Below are positions 34,271 to 45,683 of a stretch of 62,996 nucleotides of DNA, piece after piece. The first letter of the stretch is position 1. Every line of letters begins with the position of its first letter. Source of the stretch: Clostridia bacterium (GTDB lineage Bacteria; Bacillota; Clostridia; UBA1381; UBA9506); the NCBI GenBank assembly GCA_017507525.1, contig JAFWAT010000044.1:1-62996 (forward strand). The letters run 5' to 3'. The notes under the pieces were generated by a model. It ran no database searches. It was not told the origin of the DNA and saw only the letters and a list, made by a program, of their open reading frames with translations. The position numbers were made by a program, and so were the translations under genes.

Positions 34271-35652
34271 AATTGTTCCCCCTTATGTAACGTAACACAC
34301 AAAATTGTGCTTGTTTCCTTTGTAGCTGTAAATCGCCTGTCTCCTCGATATCCTGCAACCCAGGCAATTTCATTATCAACAGTTAAAATCGGAACCCGAT
34401 CTCGCAGGAAATACGGCAACTTTTGATCGACAAAAAAATCCTGCAGTTTTTTTCTGCCTTCCATACCTAAAGGATAAAAAGCATCCCCCTCTTTTCGGGA
34501 GCGTATAACCAATTTTTTTCCTGCAAGCTTTTGCATATCCAGATAAATTATATCATTTCTTTGCCTTTCCGGCATTTCTTGTACTTCAACAAAGGTTACA
34601 GTTTGCCCGGTTTCTGATATGAAAACCTCCGGATTCCATTCATAAGAATAGGAGCAAACGGGCAAAATCCGTCGAATATACAAATTGCCATGGCAAATTT
34701 CTGCCACAACCTTGCCAGGCAGTGAAACTGCGCCTTGTTGTTTATGCAGAATCTCCATGACAGCATTCACATGACGAGAAGAGATTTCTTGCCTGCCGGC
34801 AAACTGCTGCATCAGGCGATATAACATCATGCCAACCAAAAATTCTGCATGGCTTAAAAGAGAACGGCAGGAGAATCCAAACCCCTCTGGAATAAAATGT
34901 TTCTCAGCTTGAAAAAGCTTCTCCGCCTCATCTTTTATATATGCACCGCAAGCCGCATATAACCCTATCTGTCCCTGAAAGGATTGTCTGAAGCTTGGAC
35001 TAAATTGTTCTTCGATATAAGGAATCAGCTCATGACGAATGCGGTTTCGAGTATAGTTTGTTTCATAATTTGAAAAGTCTGTCCGATAGGACAGGTTTCT
35101 TGCCCTGCAGTACGCCTCAATATCCTGACGGCTTACATCTAACAGCGGACGGATCACATCACCGTTACAGTGTAAAATACCGCCCAAACCCAAAGGCCCC
35201 GTGCCTCGCATGAGTCGCATCAAAACCGTTTCAACGTTGTCATCGGCATGGTGGGCAGTTGCAATCTTATGAAAGCCGTACTTTTCTTGTAATTCACGAA
35301 AAAAAGCATACCGCACATTGCGACCGGTCTCCTCAAGACCGGTTTTCATGTCTTTTGCCAAAGCTCGAACATCGGCTCGGTGCACAAAAAGAGAAACCTT
35401 TCTCTCTTGGCAAAATTTACGGACAAAGGCTTCATCTTCATCAGCATCCTGTCCGCGCAAGCCGTGATTGACATGTGCTGCCGAAACAGAAATGTTCAGT
35501 TCATCTGATAACGCGAGCAAGCAATCTATGAGGCAAACAGAATCTGCCCCGCCGGATAAACCAACTAAAATCCGATCACCGGACAGGACAAGATGATGCC
35601 GCTTGAGTGTTTCCTTCACATTTGTCAACATATTACTCATGGTGTTTATCAA
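34267..35652 (-). CDS. tilS: tRNA(Ile)-lysidine synthetase
   Basis: 461 aa. The PP-loop SGGADS is present. The start is uncertain among 35652, 35640 and 35631. Confidence 0.93.
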   Translation of the reverse strand: MINTMSNMLTNVKETLKRHHLVLSGDRILVGLSGGADSVCLIDCLLALSDELNISVSAAHVNHGLRGQDADEDEAFVRKFCQERKVSLFVHRADVRALAKDMKTGLEETGRNVRYAFFRELQEKYGFHKIATAHHADDNVETVLMRLMRGTGPLGLGGILHCNGDVIRPLLDVSRQDIEAYCRARNLSYRTDFSNYETNYTRNRIRHELIPYIEEQFSPSFRQSFQGQIGLYAACGAYIKDEAEKLFQAEKHFIPEGFGFSCRSLLSHAEFLVGMMLYRLMQQFAGRQEISSRHVNAVMEILHKQQGAVSLPGKVVAEICHGNLYIRRILPVCSYSYEWNPEVFISETGQTVTFVEVQEMPERQRNDIIYLDMQKLAGKKLVIRSRKEGDAFYPLGMEGRKKLQDFFVDQKLPYFLRDRVPILTVDNEIAWVAGYRGDRRFTATKETSTILCVTLHKGEQF

Positions 35653-36964
35653 GATTCATAAAGCGTGTATATTGCCCTGCCCAGAACATTTCAATTGTTC
35701 CTGTAGAACCGCTTCTGTGCTTGGCGATGATGCATTCAGCAACATTTTTCTTTTCAGTATCCGGATTATATACATCATCACGATATAAAAACATAACAAT
35801 ATCCGCATCCTGCTCAATGGCACCGGATTCACGCAGGTCGCTGAGCATAGGTCTGTGCTCCGCACGCTGCTCCGGCGCACGTGAGAGCTGAGAAAGCGCA
35901 ACAATAGGAACGTCTAACTCTTTTGCAAGAATTTTAAGTGAACGGGAAATATCAGAAATTTCCTGCTGACGACTTTCTGCTCTGGTTCCCTGCATTAACT
36001 GCAGGTAGTCAATGACCACAAGACCCAGATTCTTCTCCACTTTAAGGCGACGGCACTTTGCGCGGATATCGCTGATGGTTACATTGGTAGAGTCATTAAT
36101 ATAAATCGGAGCTTGTCCTAAGGTTGACAGCGAAGCTGCAATTTTTTCCCAATCATCATCCGTTAGTTCGCCCGTTCTGAGATGGTTACTGTCAATCAGC
36201 ATTTCGGAGCTGATGATACGCGAAACAAGCTGCACGCTTGACATTTCCAAGCTAAAGATTACAACGGGTACATTGCCATGAACTGCTGCATGCGTCGCAA
36301 TATTTAATGCAAAGCTGGTTTTACCCATAGATGGTCTTGCGGCAATCAAAATAAAGTCAGACTTTTGCAGACCGAACAAGGCTTTATCAAGCTCGGTAAT
36401 ACCGGTGGGCGCACCGGTCAGCTTGCCGTGATTCTGATATATCTCGGCCAAAGAATCATGGGTTTGCAAAAGGACATCCTTAATATGCACAACACCCCGC
36501 TGTTGCTGATTTTCCAACACATCAAAAATCAGTCGGCCGGCTTCATCTGCAATATTCTTTGATGCCGCCCCGGGAGAATAACCCATATCCATAATTTCAC
36601 CAGAAGCATGAATCAGGCGCCTTAGCAAAGCCTTATCTTGAACAATGTCAAGATATTGCTTTAAATTTGCGGTGGTTGGCAAGGTTGAAGCAAGATAAGC
36701 AAGGTATTCTACCCCGCCAACCGCTGCCAATTGCTCCCGGAGCGTCAGTTCTTCTGAAACCGTAACCAGGTCAATGGCAGAATCGCGGTTAAAGAGCCCC
36801 TGCATGGCTTCAAAAATCAACCGATTCGCTTCAATATAAAAATCATTGTCTTTTAAATGCTCAAAAACCAAGGTAACGCATTCGCTATCAATCAGCATAG
36901 CGCCTAAAATTGATTGCTCCGCTTCCTTGTTATGAGGCATAACCTTTGGAACACCGTTTTCCAT
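35633..36964 (-). CDS. dnaB: Replicative DNA helicase
   Basis: 443 aa. PHNKEAEQSILGAML and ARPSMGKT. Confidence 0.97.
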   Translation of the reverse strand: MENGVPKVMPHNKEAEQSILGAMLIDSECVTLVFEHLKDNDFYIEANRLIFEAMQGLFNRDSAIDLVTVSEELTLREQLAAVGGVEYLAYLASTLPTTANLKQYLDIVQDKALLRRLIHASGEIMDMGYSPGAASKNIADEAGRLIFDVLENQQQRGVVHIKDVLLQTHDSLAEIYQNHGKLTGAPTGITELDKALFGLQKSDFILIAARPSMGKTSFALNIATHAAVHGNVPVVIFSLEMSSVQLVSRIISSEMLIDSNHLRTGELTDDDWEKIAASLSTLGQAPIYINDSTNVTISDIRAKCRRLKVEKNLGLVVIDYLQLMQGTRAESRQQEISDISRSLKILAKELDVPIVALSQLSRAPEQRAEHRPMLSDLRESGAIEQDADIVMFLYRDDVYNPDTEKKNVAECIIAKHRSGSTGTIEMFWAGQYTRFMNLDKHHE

Positions 36965-36980
36965 TATGTTTCCTTTCCGG

Positions 36981-37427
36981 TCACTGGGCTGTTACATTGA
37001 CCTTGATTGTTGCGGTAATTTCAGGATATACCTTAACCGTTACATTTGTTGTGCCAAGGGTTTTTATGCCATCAGGCAATTGAATTTTCTTTTTATCAAC
37101 AACTAAGTGGCATTGCATTTTCAACTGTTCTGCCACATCTTTTGCGGTAATTGAACCAAAAAGCTTTCCGTTTTCGCCTGCTTTAGCCGAAAAGGCAACA
37201 ACGGCTGCGTTTAACTTTTCTGCCAGCTCCATTGCCTGCTTTCTTTCCTGCTCTTTATGGAAAGCTGCTGCACTTTGCTTGCTTTCAAGCTCAGTCATAG
37301 CACTCTTATCAGCTACAACCGCCAAGCCTTTTGGCAGTAAATAATTTCTTGCATATCCGTCTGATGCATTAACCATTTCACCTTTTTTTCCATGTCCTTT
37401 TACATCAGCTGTTAAAATTACTTTCAT
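36981..37427 (-). CDS. rplI: 50S ribosomal protein L9
   Basis: 148 aa. MKVILTADVKGHGKKGEMVNASDGYARNYLLPKGLA. Confidence 0.98.
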   Translation of the reverse strand: MKVILTADVKGHGKKGEMVNASDGYARNYLLPKGLAVVADKSAMTELESKQSAAAFHKEQERKQAMELAEKLNAAVVAFSAKAGENGKLFGSITAKDVAEQLKMQCHLVVDKKKIQLPDGIKTLGTTNVTVKVYPEITATIKVNVTAQ

Positions 37428-37456
37428 CTATATACACTCCTTAAGTAAAAATCTGA

Positions 37457-39451
37457 TCAATCTACAGTTTCTAAATAATAGTCATCAATTGCCTGCTGCA
37501 AACATTCCTTGGCTTCTTCTAAGGAAAGGTTATTGAGCTGTGCACCGGCAATGGTCATATGACCGCCGCCACCCAGTTTTTCCAGTATCACTTGCACATT
37601 GATACCGCCCAACGAGCGACCGCTTATATTAACACCATTTTCTGTTTTGCAGAGAACAAAAGATGCCGTAATGCCCTTAATGTTTAACAACTCATCCGCC
37701 GCCTGTGCAACAACAATTTGAATATTTTTTTCAACCTCTCTGTAAACACTGATGGCAATATGGTCTCTGAAAATTTCAGCATCACGAATGATGGTAGCAC
37801 GCTTGATATACGTTGTCAAATCCTGCTGGAACATGGTTTTAATAGCAATCGTATCAACACCTTGTTTTCGTAAAAACGATGCCGCTTCAAAGGTTCTGAC
37901 GCCTGTTTTAAAGGTAAAGTGCTTGGTGTCAATGACAATGCCCGCATAAAGACACTCTGCTTCGAGTTTTGTCAAAGACATTTTATCGGAAGAATACTGC
38001 AGAATTTCCGTCAACATTTCGCAGGTTGATGAGGCATAAGGCTCATGATAAATCAGGGCCGTATTTTCAATAAATTCCGTTCCGCGGCGATGATGGTCAA
38101 TCAGCACAATCTGCTTTGCTTTCTGCAAAAGCTGAGGCGCTTCTAACAGGCTGGGCTTATGCGTATCAACAACAACAAATAAAGTCCCCTCCGTACACTT
38201 TGCCATTGCCTGCTGAGCATTTAAAAACAATCCCTCATATTCTTCTGCGTTTTCCAGCCGATCCAGCATGTTTTTCACTGTCTGATCGTAAGATTCCAGT
38301 AAAATATTCACAGGTTTGTCTTGCATTTTACAAAGTCTGTAAACACCAAATGCAGCACCTAATGAATCGACGTCGGCATTTTTATGGCTCATAACAATAA
38401 TGTTATCCGCATTGGTAATCAGACCGCTTAAGGCAAAGCTAACCACACGAGCTTTCACGCGGGTGCTCTTTTCATACTCTTTGCTTGTCCCGCCGTAAAA
38501 ACGGAACTGTTCCTGATCTTTAATAACCGCCTGATCGCCACCTCGACCGAGTGCCATATTCACGGCAGCTTTGGCAAACTGATCGTTTTCAACTATATCC
38601 TTGCCGTTTAAACCAATGCCAATGCTGACGCTGGCAGGAATCGTGTTTCCTTCAGAAATGCCTCGAATTTTAGATAAAATATCAAATTTATTTTTGATAA
38701 AATCATCTAAACGTGAGTATTCAAACAAAATACAGTATTTATCTTTTTCGTATTTGATTAAAACGCCGCCGTTTTCGTTTGACCAATCATTAATATACTT
38801 ATAAAGCTGACCCTGTAATTGCGGGGTTGTATTTCTTGCTGCTGACTCCATCAGCTCATCGTAGTTATCAACAAAAACCAGACATTCAAAAGTCTTCTCA
38901 TTGATATATTTTTGTTTTAAATCTTCATATTCTGTGATTTCATCAAAATATAAGACGATAACATCACTTTTGGTGTCTCCGAGCTGTGAATTGCTGCCAA
39001 ACACTCTGAACGTACGATTATCATATGTAACCGTCGTAAGGACTGACACCCTAGGGTCTGTCGCAGTTGTTTCAGGAACCAACCCCGGAATCAGTTCATG
39101 AATATTTTTATCATACAAATGCTGTTCATTTGTCATGACTAAAAATAATTCATTATACCATTTAATTTTGCCGTCTTTCTCAATGAGCAAAGTCGGAAGC
39201 GGAAAATGCATTAACGCATTATGAGTCTCCGAACCGATTTGCAACGTCATGGTTTCAAACATATCTGAAATTCTTTTTTCCGTATATTTTTTATACACGT
39301 AATTAACGACGCACAAAAGAGCCGCAATAATCACTTCTGCTATAGCGAGATAGCGATTAAACCAAAACGTTATAAAACCTAAAAGAAAAATAATGATAAT
39401 GTAAAAGCCGCCGGTCATATAATATACCTTTGCTTTTTGTTTTGTATCCAT
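37457..39451 (-). CDS. gdpP: DHH/DHHA1 phosphoesterase, GdpP (YybT)-type cyclic-di-AMP phosphodiesterase
   Basis: 664 aa with two N-terminal TMs, a PAS/GGDEF-like middle, DHH (LIDHHRR) and GGGH. The position between yybS and rplI is conserved. Confidence 0.9.
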   Translation of the reverse strand: MDTKQKAKVYYMTGGFYIIIIFLLGFITFWFNRYLAIAEVIIAALLCVVNYVYKKYTEKRISDMFETMTLQIGSETHNALMHFPLPTLLIEKDGKIKWYNELFLVMTNEQHLYDKNIHELIPGLVPETTATDPRVSVLTTVTYDNRTFRVFGSNSQLGDTKSDVIVLYFDEITEYEDLKQKYINEKTFECLVFVDNYDELMESAARNTTPQLQGQLYKYINDWSNENGGVLIKYEKDKYCILFEYSRLDDFIKNKFDILSKIRGISEGNTIPASVSIGIGLNGKDIVENDQFAKAAVNMALGRGGDQAVIKDQEQFRFYGGTSKEYEKSTRVKARVVSFALSGLITNADNIIVMSHKNADVDSLGAAFGVYRLCKMQDKPVNILLESYDQTVKNMLDRLENAEEYEGLFLNAQQAMAKCTEGTLFVVVDTHKPSLLEAPQLLQKAKQIVLIDHHRRGTEFIENTALIYHEPYASSTCEMLTEILQYSSDKMSLTKLEAECLYAGIVIDTKHFTFKTGVRTFEAASFLRKQGVDTIAIKTMFQQDLTTYIKRATIIRDAEIFRDHIAISVYREVEKNIQIVVAQAADELLNIKGITASFVLCKTENGVNISGRSLGGINVQVILEKLGGGGHMTIAGAQLNNLSLEEAKECLQQAIDDYYLETVD

Positions 39452-39463
39452 GGCTGACTCCTC

Positions 39464-40432
39464 TCAAAGTCTGTTTTGTCTGTTGTTGTTTTCCTGTGTC
39501 TCTTTAGGACTAAGTCCTCTATAGTCAAAAAATGCATCAGTTAATCCGCAAAGCACTAAGGCAAAAAACGGAATCATAAAAAACATTGTTGAAAAGCAAA
39601 TTAACGCTGCCGTTAAAAGTTTTCTCATAGTGCTCCCGGTTCCGCCCTGCTTTAACTTATAATTAAATACCGAAAGCCCCAATGCAAAAAACAAAAAGGA
39701 TAAAATTAAAAGCACATTGGCTGCGGCATCAACAAACAAACCCTCCTTGGCAAAGGTTATTACAACAAACAAAACAAGGTATAATATAGCAAACTGTTTC
39801 TCTGCTCTAAGCTTTCCAAAGGGAATCAAAAACGACATATCCGTTTTTTGAACCATTTGTATTTTTTTATAAACAGAAATTAGTGCGTAAGAAAGCATAG
39901 TGCAAATGATTGTAAAAATCGCCGGAGCAAGCATAATCATTGTATCAACGGTTGCACTAATGACCTGCTCAATCAAAGCCTGATACTCCGGTTCGGGATA
40001 ATACATCTGCATCATTTCCCGCATTTGACTGCCGGAATCAAGCATCATGCTGCTAAATGTAACGTCTCCTCCTGCCAGCTTAAGACCAACCAACAAATCC
40101 AGAAGATATAACACCGTGCACAGCAAAATCATGTAATACATGTTCATTTTAACACGGGTGCCAAGTGCCAGCGTTAATCCAAGTAAAATCATAGGCACAC
40201 CACTGATTAACGCCTGCAGGGGACCTAAAAAAATCGTCAAAACAACCAAAATTAAGAGCGTATTGGTAACGCCCAAGACAATATGCTCACGATGCATCAC
40301 AGTTCCCAAAAGCGCCGCAATCATAATGCCGATTACTATATTTAAAATGCCGCCTAAAAAACAATAGGCACCGCAAAGTGCGATTGTTAGCAAGGTATTC
40401 AAAAAATAAAATTTAAAATAATGTGGTTTCAA
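39464..40432 (-). CDS. DUF2232 (YybS-like) integral membrane protein
   Basis: 322 aa, polytopic. It holds the syntenic position upstream of gdpP. TTG start. Confidence 0.75.
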   Translation of the reverse strand: MKPHYFKFYFLNTLLTIALCGAYCFLGGILNIVIGIMIAALLGTVMHREHIVLGVTNTLLILVVLTIFLGPLQALISGVPMILLGLTLALGTRVKMNMYYMILLCTVLYLLDLLVGLKLAGGDVTFSSMMLDSGSQMREMMQMYYPEPEYQALIEQVISATVDTMIMLAPAIFTIICTMLSYALISVYKKIQMVQKTDMSFLIPFGKLRAEKQFAILYLVLFVVITFAKEGLFVDAAANVLLILSFLFFALGLSVFNYKLKQGGTGSTMRKLLTAALICFSTMFFMIPFFALVLCGLTDAFFDYRGLSPKETQENNNRQNRL

Positions 40433-40504
40433 GTAAACTGCTCCTTTGTATCCTTTGCGTCTGCATCGATGTTATCGTTACATACAGTAACCCCAATATA
40501 CCTT

Positions 40505-40533
40505 ATTGTAACACAAAGAAATATATTTTACAA
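40505..40533 (-). promoter_or_regulatory. Candidate extended -10 promoter for the yybS-gdpP-rplI-dnaB cluster
   Basis: On the minus strand: TTGTAA, a 17-nt spacer ending in TGT, then TACAAT. Confidence 0.45.
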
Positions 40534-40574
40534 GAAATTTTACCAAATTTGATAAAATTGTTACGTCACTGATA

Positions 40575-41387
40575 TCATTCTACCAATTCAGATAAGAAAA
40601 CCAGTTCAACGTGGTTTTCAGAAAACTCCGGCAAAAGCTCAGAAATTGCTTCTGCTGTCACGACTCCGCCTTCATACCCAACATGGCCGATTGCTATGCA
40701 CTTTCCTGTCTCTTGTGCAATCTTCATGGCTTTTTTGAGTCGTTTTTTGATGTAACCCTTACTCTTGCTTTCGTGTTCTAAAAACACCTCATTTTCGCAG
40801 AAACGAATCCCTGTTGCTTCTGCCATGTTCCGGCACACACTTTTAGAGCTTGTTTTAGAATCCAAAAAGAATAATCCTTTGGCTTTTAATTCTTCCATCA
40901 GCGGGCGAATAATATTTTCCTTTGTGCTGCTCATCGTTCCCATATGAATGTTGGCTCCTACCGCTTCCGGTATGCTCGTTGTCGCATCACTGACCCACTC
41001 TTTTATGTCTTGCGCTGAGTCCTCGATTTTAATAGGTCTTGGACCTAAATGCGATGCCCGGTCATGAGTTGTTGCCTGCAATGGCATGTGAATAATAACC
41101 TCTTTCCCGTTTTCCAACGCATCTTCTGCATCCTCTTCTGAATATTCCAAAAAAGGCATAACAGCCGCCGTCAACTTGCAATCTAGCGTAAGTATTTCAT
41201 AAACGCCTTTTCGTTGCAACCCAAAATCATCAATGACAATTGCCAGCCTTCCGCTCTTGTCTGCATCGGCATCTAAGCTCACCGTCATGGCAAGCCACAA
41301 TCCTAACCCTATACCGCCAAGAATCATGCAAAAATAGGTTGCTAGATGTGTGGCATAAATGCTAAAAAAGAAGAACCTTTTTTTCAT
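40575..41387 (-). CDS. Divergent polysaccharide deacetylase (YibQ/DUF610-like) protein
   Basis: 270 aa with an N-terminal TM. ...LAIVIDDFG..., ...HMPLQ... and ...AIGHV... are motifs of the YibQ family (from recall). Confidence 0.75.
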   Translation of the reverse strand: MKKRFFFFSIYATHLATYFCMILGGIGLGLWLAMTVSLDADADKSGRLAIVIDDFGLQRKGVYEILTLDCKLTAAVMPFLEYSEEDAEDALENGKEVIIHMPLQATTHDRASHLGPRPIKIEDSAQDIKEWVSDATTSIPEAVGANIHMGTMSSTKENIIRPLMEELKAKGLFFLDSKTSSKSVCRNMAEATGIRFCENEVFLEHESKSKGYIKKRLKKAMKIAQETGKCIAIGHVGYEGGVVTAEAISELLPEFSENHVELVFLSELVE

Positions 41388-41436
41388 AGAAACACCTCAT
41401 TGTATGTATACGAAATTACAAGAGGTTTCATGACAT

Positions 41437-41477
41437 AAAAAAGGCTGCAGCAAAATAAAATCATTTTGCTGCAGCCT
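41437..41477 (-). terminator. rho-independent terminator of dgt-dnaG-sigA
   Basis: On the minus strand: AGGCTGCAGCAAAA-(loop)-TTTTGCTGCAGCCT followed by TTTTTAT. Confidence 0.85.
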
Positions 41478-41494
41478 CGTTTCTGTTTGTTTAT

Positions 41495-42616
41495 TTATTC
41501 TAAATAATCCTTCAATTTTTTACTTCTGCTGGGATGACGCAGTTTTCTGAGAGCTTTCGCTTCAATCTGACGAATACGCTCACGTGTAACTTTAAATTCC
41601 TTACCCACTTCCTCCAAAGTTCTGGCGCGTCCATCTTCTAAACCAAAGCGAAGCTTTAACACCATGGCTTCTCTGGGTGTTAGGGTATCTAACACATCAC
41701 TGAGTTGTTCCTTTAAGAGCATGAAAGAAGCTGCCTCAGAAGGTGCCGGTGCATCATCATCGGGAATAAAATCACCAAGATGGCTGTCTTCCTCTTCGCC
41801 GATGGGGGTTTCTAATGATACCGGTTCCTGTGCGATCTTCATGATTTCACGAACCTTGTCAATTGACATATTCAGTTCTTTTGCAATTTCCTGAGGATGA
41901 GGGTCACGGCCCAATTCCTGTACAAGCTGTCTGGAAACACGAATCAGCTTGTTAATGGTTTCGACCATGTGAACGGGAATACGAATGGTACGCGCCTGAT
42001 CCGCAATGGCACGTGTAATAGCCTGACGAATCCACCAGGTGGCATAGGTACTAAACTTATAGCCCTTTGTATAATCAAACTTTTCTACAGCTTTAATCAA
42101 ACCCAGGTTACCCTCCTGAATCAGGTCAAGAAAGAGCATACCGCGACCTACATAGCGTTTTGCAATGGATACAACCAAACGCAGATTTGCTTCAGATAAC
42201 CGTTTTCTTGCTTCAGCGTCACCTTCTGCCATTCGCTTTGCAAGTTCCATTTCTTCATCAGGGGCAAGGAGCGGCACTTTACCGATTTCTTTTAGATACA
42301 TTTTAACGTGGTCATCCACAGACACGCCGTCAGCACTTGAGATTTCAAGCGCTTCTGCATTTAAATCCACATCCTCAACCGGTGGCATGTCGCCAATTTC
42401 TTCCTCGATTTTTTCGAGCTCCTTGTCCATATCGGCAACGATTTCGACGCCTTCTTTTTCCAAGGTTTCATACAAAATTTCAATTTGCTCAGGATCCATT
42501 TCAAATTCGGAAAGGGCGTCCATGATTTCCTGATAGGTTAATATCCCGTTGGCCTTGCCTCTGGCCATTAAATCCAGAACAGTTTGTTGCTGTTTTGCTT
42601 CCATTTCTGGTGTCAT
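41495..42616 (-). CDS. sigA: Primary RNA polymerase sigma factor (SigA/RpoD)
   Basis: I moved the start to [11 protein letters not shown] (42616), which follows GAGGAGAGGG. Regions 2-4 are present, including [27 protein letters not shown]. Confidence 0.97.
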   Translation of the reverse strand: MTPEMEAKQQQTVLDLMARGKANGILTYQEIMDALSEFEMDPEQIEILYETLEKEGVEIVADMDKELEKIEEEIGDMPPVEDVDLNAEALEISSADGVSVDDHVKMYLKEIGKVPLLAPDEEMELAKRMAEGDAEARKRLSEANLRLVVSIAKRYVGRGMLFLDLIQEGNLGLIKAVEKFDYTKGYKFSTYATWWIRQAITRAIADQARTIRIPVHMVETINKLIRVSRQLVQELGRDPHPQEIAKELNMSIDKVREIMKIAQEPVSLETPIGEEEDSHLGDFIPDDDAPAPSEAASFMLLKEQLSDVLDTLTPREAMVLKLRFGLEDGRARTLEEVGKEFKVTRERIRQIEAKALRKLRHPSRSKKLKDYLE

Positions 42617-42617
42617 T

Positions 42618-44402
42618 TCACCCTCTCCTCTCTTTAATTCTTCGGTAGATTTCATTTGCTTCTTTCACTTTACCTTCCCCGGCCAGTTTTACGGCACGAT
42701 TTTTTAAATACGCTTCTTCCAGCTTTCGTGCAGCTTCCTTTGCTGCCTGCACGCTGTCTCCTTCAAAGCTGATGTAGAGTACTGATACAGCTGCTTTTTT
42801 TAACGCTTCATCAGATATAGCCGTCAAAAATTCTGAGCCATGCACTTCTTCGTGCTCCGACAGATATTCTACAATCATTTGAAAGAGTTTTCTGTGTAAT
42901 TCACTGGTAAACCACGCAACATCTACTTGTTCTTTTGCTATTTCATAAACGCGGCGGTAATAAAACATTAAATTTAAAAGCGTTCGCTCCGTTTTATATG
43001 TAGCGGTGCTTTGCTCTTTTGTTAAATCGGAATGAATCGTTGTGAGTCGTTCCGGCATTCTTTCCTGATACAGTTCTTTTTTGACCTGTTTGTTGTTTCT
43101 ATAATAAATCAGTTTAGAAACTTCGGTTCGAATGGATTCTACAGAAATATCTGTTTCAACAGATACACGTTTTATATATGCTTCCCGCGCTATTTCGCTT
43201 TCAATGTCTGCTAAAACTTTTGCAGCAGCTTCTAAAAAGCTGATTTTTTGGCTCAAATCATAAATGTCATATTGTTGCCTTAAACGCAGGAGTTGATATT
43301 CAACAGATTCATTGGCAGATTGAATGAGCTTTCGAAAGCTTTCAACGCCTTTTTTCTGAATAAACTCATCCGGGTCTTTTGCGCCTGAAAGGCTAATGAC
43401 CTTTACAAGGTTCTCGGCCTCTGTTAATATCTTAATCGCCTTTTGTGCAGCTTTTTGACCGGCCTCATCACTATCGTAACATACAAACACTTGACCGGCA
43501 TACCGTTTAATGAGCCGTGCCTGTTCATCGGTAAGTGCTGTGCCCAAGCCGGCAATTGCGTTTGTAAAGCCGCTTTGATATAAGGATATAACATCCATCT
43601 GACCTTCAACCAAGATTACGCCTTCTTTTGCGGCGGTTTGTTTAGCAAAATTCATGGAAAACAAATTTCGGCTTTTATAAAACACCGGCGTTTCCGGTGA
43701 ATTTAAATATTTTGCAGGATTATCAGCATCCAATGCTCTGCCGCTAAATGCAATAATGTTACCGCGAACATCAATAATAGGAAACATCAGGCGGTTCCGG
43801 AAAACGTCATATATTCTGCCTTTATCATTCTTTTTAGCTAAACCGGCATCAATCATTTCTTCTGCCGTGTAGCCTTTTTCCTTCATGTAGTCAAGTAAAT
43901 CAGACCAGGCATCCGGCGCAAAGCCTATGCCGAACTTAATGGCGGTTTGGCGGGTTAGCCCTCGCTTTTTCATATAGGCACGCGCCGATTCGCCGTCAGG
44001 CGCTGTCAAATTATCATAAAAATGCCGCGCCGCCAGGCGATTCATCTCCAAAATTCTTTTTCTGCGCTGGGCATTTTCATCACTTTGTGACCGGTTGGCG
44101 TTTTGTTCTTCCTCTAATGTCACGCCGCACCGCTGAGCTAAAAACTGGAGCGCATCTACAAAATCCAGATTTTCCGCCCGCATCACAAAGTCAAAGACGT
44201 TACCCCCTGCACCGCAGCCAAAGCAATAAAATAACTGCTTGTCTTCATCAACGTGGAAGGAAGGCGTCTTTTCCTTATGAAACGGACAAAGACCGACATG
44301 GCTTGTCCCGTTTCGTTTTAAATGGACATAAGCAGAGACAAGCTCAGCCAGATTTGTACGTCTGCTGACTTCGTTAATTGAGCTTTGCTTATAACGTGGC
44401 AT
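42618..44402 (-). CDS. dnaG: DNA primase
   Basis: 594 aa. Zn finger [13 protein letters not shown]...CFGCGAGG and a Toprim EGQMDV. Confidence 0.97.
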   Translation of the reverse strand: MPRYKQSSINEVSRRTNLAELVSAYVHLKRNGTSHVGLCPFHKEKTPSFHVDEDKQLFYCFGCGAGGNVFDFVMRAENLDFVDALQFLAQRCGVTLEEEQNANRSQSDENAQRRKRILEMNRLAARHFYDNLTAPDGESARAYMKKRGLTRQTAIKFGIGFAPDAWSDLLDYMKEKGYTAEEMIDAGLAKKNDKGRIYDVFRNRLMFPIIDVRGNIIAFSGRALDADNPAKYLNSPETPVFYKSRNLFSMNFAKQTAAKEGVILVEGQMDVISLYQSGFTNAIAGLGTALTDEQARLIKRYAGQVFVCYDSDEAGQKAAQKAIKILTEAENLVKVISLSGAKDPDEFIQKKGVESFRKLIQSANESVEYQLLRLRQQYDIYDLSQKISFLEAAAKVLADIESEIAREAYIKRVSVETDISVESIRTEVSKLIYYRNNKQVKKELYQERMPERLTTIHSDLTKEQSTATYKTERTLLNLMFYYRRVYEIAKEQVDVAWFTSELHRKLFQMIVEYLSEHEEVHGSEFLTAISDEALKKAAVSVLYISFEGDSVQAAKEAARKLEEAYLKNRAVKLAGEGKVKEANEIYRRIKERRG

Positions 44403-44522
44403 GCCTGTTCCTCTCCTGTTTAAAAATTAAACCATATGATTATTCGACGTAAAATGAAAATTTCCTTTTTATTTTTTATATAAACCTATACTAACCATAA
44501 TTTTACATTTTATGTAAAAATT

Positions 44523-45521
44523 CTATTTTACCTGCCATGCACGTGGCAAAAACAGATTTTTAAAGATATAAATGGCATAATTATCTGTCATACCCGCAAT
44601 ATAATCGCAAACATCACGTTCACTCGAAAAAACAACGTCTGCAAGGCCGGCTGTTTTTAAAATATCCGGCTCTTTTAAAAAGGTTTCAAACAAGGTTGCC
44701 AAAATGCTCTTTGCCTTTTCGTCTTCAGCCTTGGCAATTGAACTGGTATACACGTTTTTAAACATAAAGTCCCGCAGTTCCATCATGGCATCATGAATTT
44801 CTGCAGACATAGAAACATTTGGCTGATTTTGACTGTTTTTTACAATATCCACAATCATATTGTCAATTCTCTCGCCGTGCGTGTTCCCTAAAACCTTGCG
44901 ACATTCCGGCGGAATCGACTCTGCTGAAATAACACCGCCGCGAACGGCATCATCAATATCGTGATTAATATAGGCAATTCGGTCTGCTAATTTAATAATA
45001 CGCCCCTCTAAGGTTTTGGCTTCGTTGTCTCCGGCATGGTTTACAATACCGTCACGCACTTCAAAGGTGAGGTTCAAGCCGCCGTTGCCTTCTAAAACAT
45101 CCACCACACGCAAGCTCTGCTCGTAATGGCGAAAACCTTCTGACATGATTTGGTTCAGTGCATTCTCGCCGGAATGACCAAAGGGGGTATGCCCTAAATC
45201 ATGCCCCAAGGCAATTGCCTCTGTTAAATCCTCATTTAAGCGCAGGGCACGGGCGATGGTTCTGGCAATTTGAGAAACCTCCAACGTATGGGTCAGGCGT
45301 GTCCGGTAGTGGTCGCCCTCCGGTGCTAAAAAGACCTGGGTTTTGTGCATCAAGCGGCGAAAGGATTTTGCATGAATAATCCGGTCACGGTCCCGCTGAA
45401 ACTCCGTTCGCAAATTGCAGGGTTCCATAGGCTTTTCTCTGCCCCGGGTTGCTATAGATCGTACAGCAAATTCAGATAAAGAGGATTCTTCCAGTTTTTC
45501 AGTAAATGTTTTAAAATTCAT
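44523..45521 (-). CDS. dgt: dGTP triphosphohydrolase-like HD-domain protein
   Basis: 332 aa. FQRDRDRIIHAKSFRRL and HDLGHTPFGH. Confidence 0.92.
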   Translation of the reverse strand: MNFKTFTEKLEESSLSEFAVRSIATRGREKPMEPCNLRTEFQRDRDRIIHAKSFRRLMHKTQVFLAPEGDHYRTRLTHTLEVSQIARTIARALRLNEDLTEAIALGHDLGHTPFGHSGENALNQIMSEGFRHYEQSLRVVDVLEGNGGLNLTFEVRDGIVNHAGDNEAKTLEGRIIKLADRIAYINHDIDDAVRGGVISAESIPPECRKVLGNTHGERIDNMIVDIVKNSQNQPNVSMSAEIHDAMMELRDFMFKNVYTSSIAKAEDEKAKSILATLFETFLKEPDILKTAGLADVVFSSERDVCDYIAGMTDNYAIYIFKNLFLPRAWQVK

Positions 45522-45643
45522 GAACGAAGCTCCTTTATGACAAATTTACTGTCCTTTTTTGTTCATTGTATTAGTCATACAATGAATATATACCCTTTTT
45601 TTCTTTTTTCAAACAAAAAAATTAAAAAAACTGTTTTATAGAC

Positions 45644-45669
45644 AAAAAAGAGAGGCATTTTTGCCTCTC
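45644..45669 (-). terminator. rho-independent terminator of typA
   Basis: GAGAGGC-(loop)-GCCTCTC flanked by A and T runs. On the minus strand it is followed by TTTTTTGTC. Confidence 0.8.
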
Positions 45670-45683
45670 GATTTTCTATTATT

